NCBI GenBank assembly: GCA_902604565.1
Contig: CACKZF010000002.1
Location: forward strand, 4,693 to 68,692
Direction of reading: 5' to 3'
From: an uncultured Pelagibacteraceae bacterium
GTDB taxonomy: Bacteria; Pseudomonadota; Alphaproteobacteria; Pelagibacterales; Pelagibacteraceae
DNA length: 64,000 nt
The notes under the pieces were generated by a model that saw only the letters and a list, made by a program, of their open reading frames with translations, searched no databases and was not told where the DNA came from. The position numbers and the translations under genes were made by a program. This document shows, piece by piece, positions 59,376 to 64,000 of the stretch (its first letter is position 1; each line of letters starts with the position of its first letter).

Positions 59376-60074
59376 ATGATAGGTATTCTTGGAGGAATGG
59401 GAACACAGGCTGGATTAGATTTTTGTAATAAACTTGCAAAAATAAATGCTGGAAAACTTGATCAACAATATCCAATGTTTGTTTTATATAACAAGTCTAA
59501 CATCCCAAAACGACCAGAAAATTTAAAAAAATATTACAACGTTTTAAATTCACTTGTTGAAGGGTGTAAGATGTTGCAAAAAAATAATTGTAAATTCATA
59601 GTAATGCCATGCAACACAGCTCATTATTGGTACGATGATTTAAGAAAAAAAGTTAAAATACCAATACTTAGTATGCCTAAAGAAGTTTACTTAGACACAT
59701 CAAAAAACTGTAAAAAAAATTCTAAAATTGGTATTTTATCTACTGAGGCTACATTAAGTACTAAAGTTTATAATAAATATTTTGATAAAAATTTTAACTT
59801 AGTAAGTCCTAACAAAAGTTTACAAAAAAATTCAGTAAATAAATCAATAAAGCTAGTTAAAATGGGAAAAATTAAAGAGGCAGAAAAAGCAATTAGACCA
59901 GCAGTAAGTTACTTAATGAAAATTAAATGTAAAAAAATTATTCTAGGCTGTACTGAGCTACCAATTGCAATATTTGCTTACAAATCTTTTAAGAAAATTA
60001 AACAATCAAAAGTATTTGTTGATCCAAACCTTCTGTTGGCAAATATTTCTATGAAAAAATATAAAAAGTCCTAA
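59376..60074 (+). CDS. Aspartate/glutamate racemase family protein
   Basis: IGILGGMG, PCNTAH, LGCTELP two-Cys active site. Confidence 0.85.
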   Translation: MIGILGGMGTQAGLDFCNKLAKINAGKLDQQYPMFVLYNKSNIPKRPENLKKYYNVLNSLVEGCKMLQKNNCKFIVMPCNTAHYWYDDLRKKVKIPILSMPKEVYLDTSKNCKKNSKIGILSTEATLSTKVYNKYFDKNFNLVSPNKSLQKNSVNKSIKLVKMGKIKEAEKAIRPAVSYLMKIKCKKIILGCTELPIAIFAYKSFKKIKQSKVFVDPNLLLANISMKKYKKS

Positions 60075-60076
60075 TT

Positions 60077-60112
60077 TAATCTCAGTTCTAATTATTATTA
60101 GAACCGAGATTA
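60077..60112. terminator. Hairpin between the convergent racemase and peroxiredoxin genes
   Basis: TAATCTCAGTTCTAAT-TATT-ATTAGAACCGAGATTA. Confidence 0.6.
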
Positions 60113-60133
60113 TAAATTAATCCGAAATCCTTA

Positions 60134-60793
60134 TTACTTTGTAGGATCTGGAACTTTTCTTAAGTAAGGCTTAACTGTTTCCCATCCATCTGGATATATT
60201 TTTTTAGCCTCATCATCTTTTACAGCAGGAAGAATAACTACATCTTCACCTTTTTTCCAATTAGCTGGGGTAGCGACTCTATGTTTTGCAGTAAGTTGCA
60301 TTGAGTCTATAGCTCTTAAAATTTCATGGAAATTTCTACCTGTAGCCATTGGGTAAGTTAAATAAAGACCAATTCTTTTATCTGGTCTTACAACAAAAAT
60401 AGTCCTAACAGTTTCATTATCAACTGCTGTTCTTCCCATAGAGGTTGTTCCTGCATCGGCTTCTAACATATTGAAAAGTTTTGCAACTTTTAAATCTTCA
60501 TCAGCGATAATAGGATAATCCGGCATCGTTCCAGATACATCTTTAATATCTTCTAACCATTTTTTGTGATCCTCAACTCCATCTACACTTAGTCCGATTA
60601 CTTTTACATTTCTTGCATCAAACTCAGCTTTCATTTGTCCCAATGAACCTAATTCTGTAGTACAAACTGGTGTAAAATCTTTTGGGTGAGAAAATAATAC
60701 GCCCCAACTATCTCCAAGCCACTCATGAAAAGAGATATCTCCCTCTGTAGTTTTGCATTGAAAATCAGGACACATACTGTTTATTTTTAACAT
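60134..60793 (-). CDS. 1-Cys peroxiredoxin (Prx6 type)
   Basis: FSHPKDFTPVCTTE, YPMATGRNF, ATPANW. Confidence 0.92.
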   Translation of the reverse strand: MLKINSMCPDFQCKTTEGDISFHEWLGDSWGVLFSHPKDFTPVCTTELGSLGQMKAEFDARNVKVIGLSVDGVEDHKKWLEDIKDVSGTMPDYPIIADEDLKVAKLFNMLEADAGTTSMGRTAVDNETVRTIFVVRPDKRIGLYLTYPMATGRNFHEILRAIDSMQLTAKHRVATPANWKKGEDVVILPAVKDDEAKKIYPDGWETVKPYLRKVPDPTK

Positions 60794-60923
60794 TCTTCAC
60801 TCTCCTTTTAATTAATTAGAACCATTATAAATTATTGATTAGGTTTATCAACGATATTTAAGTTTGAAAAAACAACTTATAAGACGTGTATCTTAAGCAG
60901 ATTATAAGTGTTAGTTTTTTTGT

Positions 60924-62165
60924 ATGAATAACTCTAATCACTCAAATATTTTGATTATCGGTGGCGGATGCGCTGGTATATCAGTTGCTACGAGACTAAA
61001 AAGTTTAAAGTCTGATTTATCAATATCAATCATAGAACCTTCAGAGAAGTCTCTTTATCAAGCAGCATGGACTTTAGTAGGTGCAGGTGCTTACGATGTG
61101 AACAGTACTATCAAGCCAATGTCATCTGTAATGCCTAGTTATGTTAATTGGATTAAAGAATATGCTGAAAGTTTTTCTCCAGAGTCTAATTCGGTAAAGA
61201 CTTCAGGTGGTGAATATTCTTATGATTACTTAGTAGTTTGTCCTGGTTTAAAAATTAACTTTGATGGTGTGGCAGGGTTAAAAGAAACTTTAGGAAAAAA
61301 TAATGTTTGTACCAATTACAGTTCAGATATGGCTGTTTACACTTGGGAGTGTTTAAAAAATTTACAGGGAGGGAATTTATTATTTACTGAACCTCCAATG
61401 CCAATTAAGTGTGCAGGAGCACCTCAAAAAATAGCTTATTTAGCAGCAGACCATTTAAAGAAGAAAGGCGCTCTTAAAGATAGTAATTTAGAATTTTTAT
61501 GTGCAAAACCAGTTATTTTTGGTGTACCTCACTTTCAAGGTCCATTAAATGAAATATGTGACTCTTATGGAATTAAAAGAAGTTTCCAACATAATTTAAT
61601 TTCAGTTAATGGTGAAGCAAAAGAAGCTGTATTCAAACAATCAGATAAAGATGGAAATTCTAAAGAAGTTACAAAAAAATTCGATTTTATTCATGTAACA
61701 CCACCTCAAACTTCTCCTGACTTTATTAAGAATAGTCCATTAGCCGATGCTGGTGGATGGGTTGATGTAGATCATAAAGAAGGGACGTTGAGACATACTA
61801 AATATGAAAATATTTATAGTTTAGGAGATGTAATGAATGCACCTAATGCAAAAACAGGTGCAGCAGTTAGAAAACAAGCTCCAATAGTTGCTCATAATAT
61901 TATTAAAGATATCAATAAGTCATCTGAAGCATATAGACTTTATGATGGATATGGAGCCTGCCCTCTTACAGTTGCATACGGTAAAGTTATGTTAGCAGAA
62001 TTTTGTTATGGTGGAAAAGTAACTCCAAGTTTACCTTTTGACCCTACAAAACCTAGCTCTTTATATTGGCAAATGAAATCAAAGCTATTTCCTTGGTTGC
62101 AATGGAATGTGATGTTTAAAGGTAAAGAGTGGAGTAAGCCTAATCATAAAGCTATTGAAAATTAG
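60924..62165 (+). CDS. sqr: Sulfide:quinone oxidoreductase (type II, eukaryote-like)
   Basis: GGGCAG, YQAAWTLVGAG, KCAGAPQK, AKTGAAVRKQ, YGACPL, LAEF.YGG with both active-site Cys. Confidence 0.88.
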   Translation: MNNSNHSNILIIGGGCAGISVATRLKSLKSDLSISIIEPSEKSLYQAAWTLVGAGAYDVNSTIKPMSSVMPSYVNWIKEYAESFSPESNSVKTSGGEYSYDYLVVCPGLKINFDGVAGLKETLGKNNVCTNYSSDMAVYTWECLKNLQGGNLLFTEPPMPIKCAGAPQKIAYLAADHLKKKGALKDSNLEFLCAKPVIFGVPHFQGPLNEICDSYGIKRSFQHNLISVNGEAKEAVFKQSDKDGNSKEVTKKFDFIHVTPPQTSPDFIKNSPLADAGGWVDVDHKEGTLRHTKYENIYSLGDVMNAPNAKTGAAVRKQAPIVAHNIIKDINKSSEAYRLYDGYGACPLTVAYGKVMLAEFCYGGKVTPSLPFDPTKPSSLYWQMKSKLFPWLQWNVMFKGKEWSKPNHKAIEN

Positions 62166-62200
62166 TATCAATTTTATAAAATTTTAATTATTTTATAATT

Positions 62201-62893
62201 ATGATTTTCGAACAACTATTTGATACTAAATCCTCAACTTACACCTATATAATTTCTAGTGGAAAAGGACGTGAAGCATTAATAATAGACCCTGTAATTG
62301 AACATACTGATGAATACATAAAAATTTTAGAAAATTTAGAATTAAAACTTGTTAAAGTAATTGATACTCATATTCACGCAGATCATGTAACTGGCTTAAA
62401 TGAACTTAATCAACGAACAAATTGTATTCGTATAATGGGTGAAAACTCTAAATCGGAGGTAATTGATATAAAATTAAAAGATGAAGAAAATATAAATATT
62501 GAGAGTATAGAGCTTAAAGCTATATATACTCCAGGTCATACTGATTGTTCATATAGTTACTTAATGAATGATAGAGTTTTTACAGGAGATACACTTTTAA
62601 TTAATGGGACAGGTAGAACAGATTTTCAAAATGGTAGTGCTCATCAGGCTTATGATTCTTTGTTTGGTAAACTTTTAAAACTTCCAGAAGAAACACTTGT
62701 TTATCCTGCTCATGATTATAATGGAAAAAAAAATTCAACAATTGGTAGTGAGAAGAGCAATAACCCTCGATTACAAGTCAGCTCAAAAGAGGAATATGCT
62801 GAAATAATGGATAATCTTAATCTTGCCAATCCAAAAATGATGGATATCGCAGTACCAGCAAATCTAAAGGGATTAACACTTAAAGAACTCTAA
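62201..62893 (+). CDS. pdo: Persulfide dioxygenase (ETHE1-like metallo-beta-lactamase fold)
   Basis: SSTYTY, DTHIHADH, TPGHT, GRTDFQ, YPAHDY, AVPANL. Confidence 0.88.
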   Translation: MIFEQLFDTKSSTYTYIISSGKGREALIIDPVIEHTDEYIKILENLELKLVKVIDTHIHADHVTGLNELNQRTNCIRIMGENSKSEVIDIKLKDEENINIESIELKAIYTPGHTDCSYSYLMNDRVFTGDTLLINGTGRTDFQNGSAHQAYDSLFGKLLKLPEETLVYPAHDYNGKKNSTIGSEKSNNPRLQVSSKEEYAEIMDNLNLANPKMMDIAVPANLKGLTLKEL

Positions 62894-62947
62894 AATCAGG
62901 GTTATTATTAGTATTGTTTTTAAAAAATATACAATTATATAACTCTT

Positions 62948-63058
62948 ATGGTATGCAATAATACACACTGTAAATGTACGAACTGTTCTTGTGACAGATG
63001 CGTTTGTAAAAATTGTGATTGCAAACCATCATCAGAAAACTGCTGTTGTAACAAGTAG
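62948..63058 (+). CDS. Metallothionein-like peptide MVCNNTHCKCTNCSCDRCVCKNCDCKPSSENCCCNK
   Basis: Read by hand, ATG 62948 to TAG 63058; 12 Cys in 36 aa as four CxC plus CCC; fills the pdo-cysE gap on the same strand. Confidence 0.8.
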   Translation: MVCNNTHCKCTNCSCDRCVCKNCDCKPSSENCCCNK

Positions 63059-63088
63059 TTAAATTTAAATAACTAATCTTAAATAAAC

Positions 63089-63670
63089 ATGAATGATTTT
63101 TTAGAGTCGATAATTAAAAGAGATCCTGCTGCAAGATCAAAGTTAAGTTTAATACTAACTTATCCAGGTGTTAAAGCTGTATTTTTTCATAGAATTGCAA
63201 ATTTTTTTTCAATTGCAAAATTTCATCTTGTTGCAAGAATAATTTCTCAGTTCTCAAGATTTTTAACAGGTATAGAAATCCATCCAAACGCTAAAATTGG
63301 AAAAAATCTTTTTATAGATCATGGCATGGGAGTAGTTATTGGAGAAACATCTGATATTGGAGATAACGTTACCATTTATCACATGGCAACATTAGGCGGA
63401 ATTGCTCCAAGTATAAATTCAGACAATCAAAGAAATGTTAAGAGACACCCAACATTAAAAGAAAATGTAGTTGTAGGATCTGGTGCACAAATCCTTGGAC
63501 CAGTTGTAATTGGTAAAAATGCAAAAATTGGAGCCAACGCTGTTGTTACAAAAGATGTTCCAGAAAATGCAGTAATGGTTGGCATTCCTGCAAAAAATGT
63601 TGGAACTGCGTCCGAAGAATTTAAACCCTATGGTGTTGCACCAGGTGGTGATACAAAGCTTGATATATGA
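63089..63670 (+). CDS. cysE: Serine O-acetyltransferase
   Basis: RDPAAR, TGIEIHP, FIDHGMG, KRHPT, IGANAVV. Confidence 0.95.
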   Translation: MNDFLESIIKRDPAARSKLSLILTYPGVKAVFFHRIANFFSIAKFHLVARIISQFSRFLTGIEIHPNAKIGKNLFIDHGMGVVIGETSDIGDNVTIYHMATLGGIAPSINSDNQRNVKRHPTLKENVVVGSGAQILGPVVIGKNAKIGANAVVTKDVPENAVMVGIPAKNVGTASEEFKPYGVAPGGDTKLDI

Positions 63671-64000
63671 AAACTTTACAAAATAATTTTGTCGAAGCAA
63701 TAGGAAACACTCCTCTATTTAAATTAAAAGCCGCATCAGAAATTACTGGTTGTAATATTTATGGAAAAGCAGAGTACCTTAATCCAGGTGGCTCTGTAAA
63801 AGATAGAGCAGCTTTAGCTTTGATAAGAGATGCTGAAGAAAAAAAACTAATTTCAAAAGGTGGAACAATTGTTGAAGGAACAGCTGGTAATACCGGGATT
63901 GGGTTATGTCTTTTAGGAAATTCTATTGGTTATAAAACTATTATCGTAATGAACGATAATCAAACACAAGAAAAAAAAGATTTATTAAGAAATATTGGAG
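63667..64000 (+). CDS. cysK: Cysteine synthase (runs off the window end)
   Basis: ATGA overlap with cysE; [31 protein letters not shown]. Confidence 0.9.
   Translation, partial: MKTLQNNFVEAIGNTPLFKLKAASEITGCNIYGKAEYLNPGGSVKDRAALALIRDAEEKKLISKGGTIVEGTAGNTGIGLCLLGNSIGYKTIIVMNDNQTQEKKDLLRNIG

Noticed and set aside
1502-63700. Many 60-150 aa track ORFs antisense to or inside real genes (e.g. 1502-1819, 8359-8664, 11547-11864, 14975-15289, 40193-40642, 49139-49510, 63455-63700)
   Set aside because: Shadow frames of well-supported genes, with no RBS or recognisable motifs.
1-64000. CRISPR arrays, tRNA/rRNA genes, IS elements, prophage or defence systems
   Set aside because: No regularly spaced repeats, cloverleaf or rRNA-like GC-rich tracts, or transposase, integrase, phage or nuclease motifs seen by eye; spacers are mostly too short to hold them.

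Overview
Very AT-rich, densely packed alphaproteobacterial chromosome segment. Gene content and order (aprMBA, amtB, hup, TPP-riboswitch-led thiV-type symporter, ald, tauABC, proXVW) point to a SAR11/Pelagibacterales genome. No rRNA, tRNA, CRISPR, integrase or transposase was seen. Much of the window is organosulfur-related: a TauE exporter, aprMBA, metC, cysQ, rhodanese, taurine uptake and catabolism (tauABC, omega-aminotransferase, ald, pta), an HpsN-type DHPS dehydrogenase, a ComC-like dehydrogenase, a racemase, SQR with persulfide dioxygenase, and cysE-cysK. Best candidates for undescribed biology: (1) a nine-gene catabolic cassette (44.0-53.2 kb) with a sugar-type ABC importer, two tandem-SnoaL/NTF2 proteins, a cupin, a half-size Zn-thiol MetE-like transferase and a HAD protein lacking its catalytic Asp; (2) an unannotated 36-aa, 12-Cys metallothionein-like ORF between pdo and cysE; (3) a TPP-riboswitch variant with a degenerate pyrophosphate-sensing arm; (4) a 27-aa K/R-rich sORF with a strong RBS; (5) a double-wHTH regulator whose putative operator recurs between the taurine genes; (6) a CU-loop hairpin in the amtB 3' UTR that could act as an sRNA. 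All functional calls come from motif recognition by eye; no searches were run.
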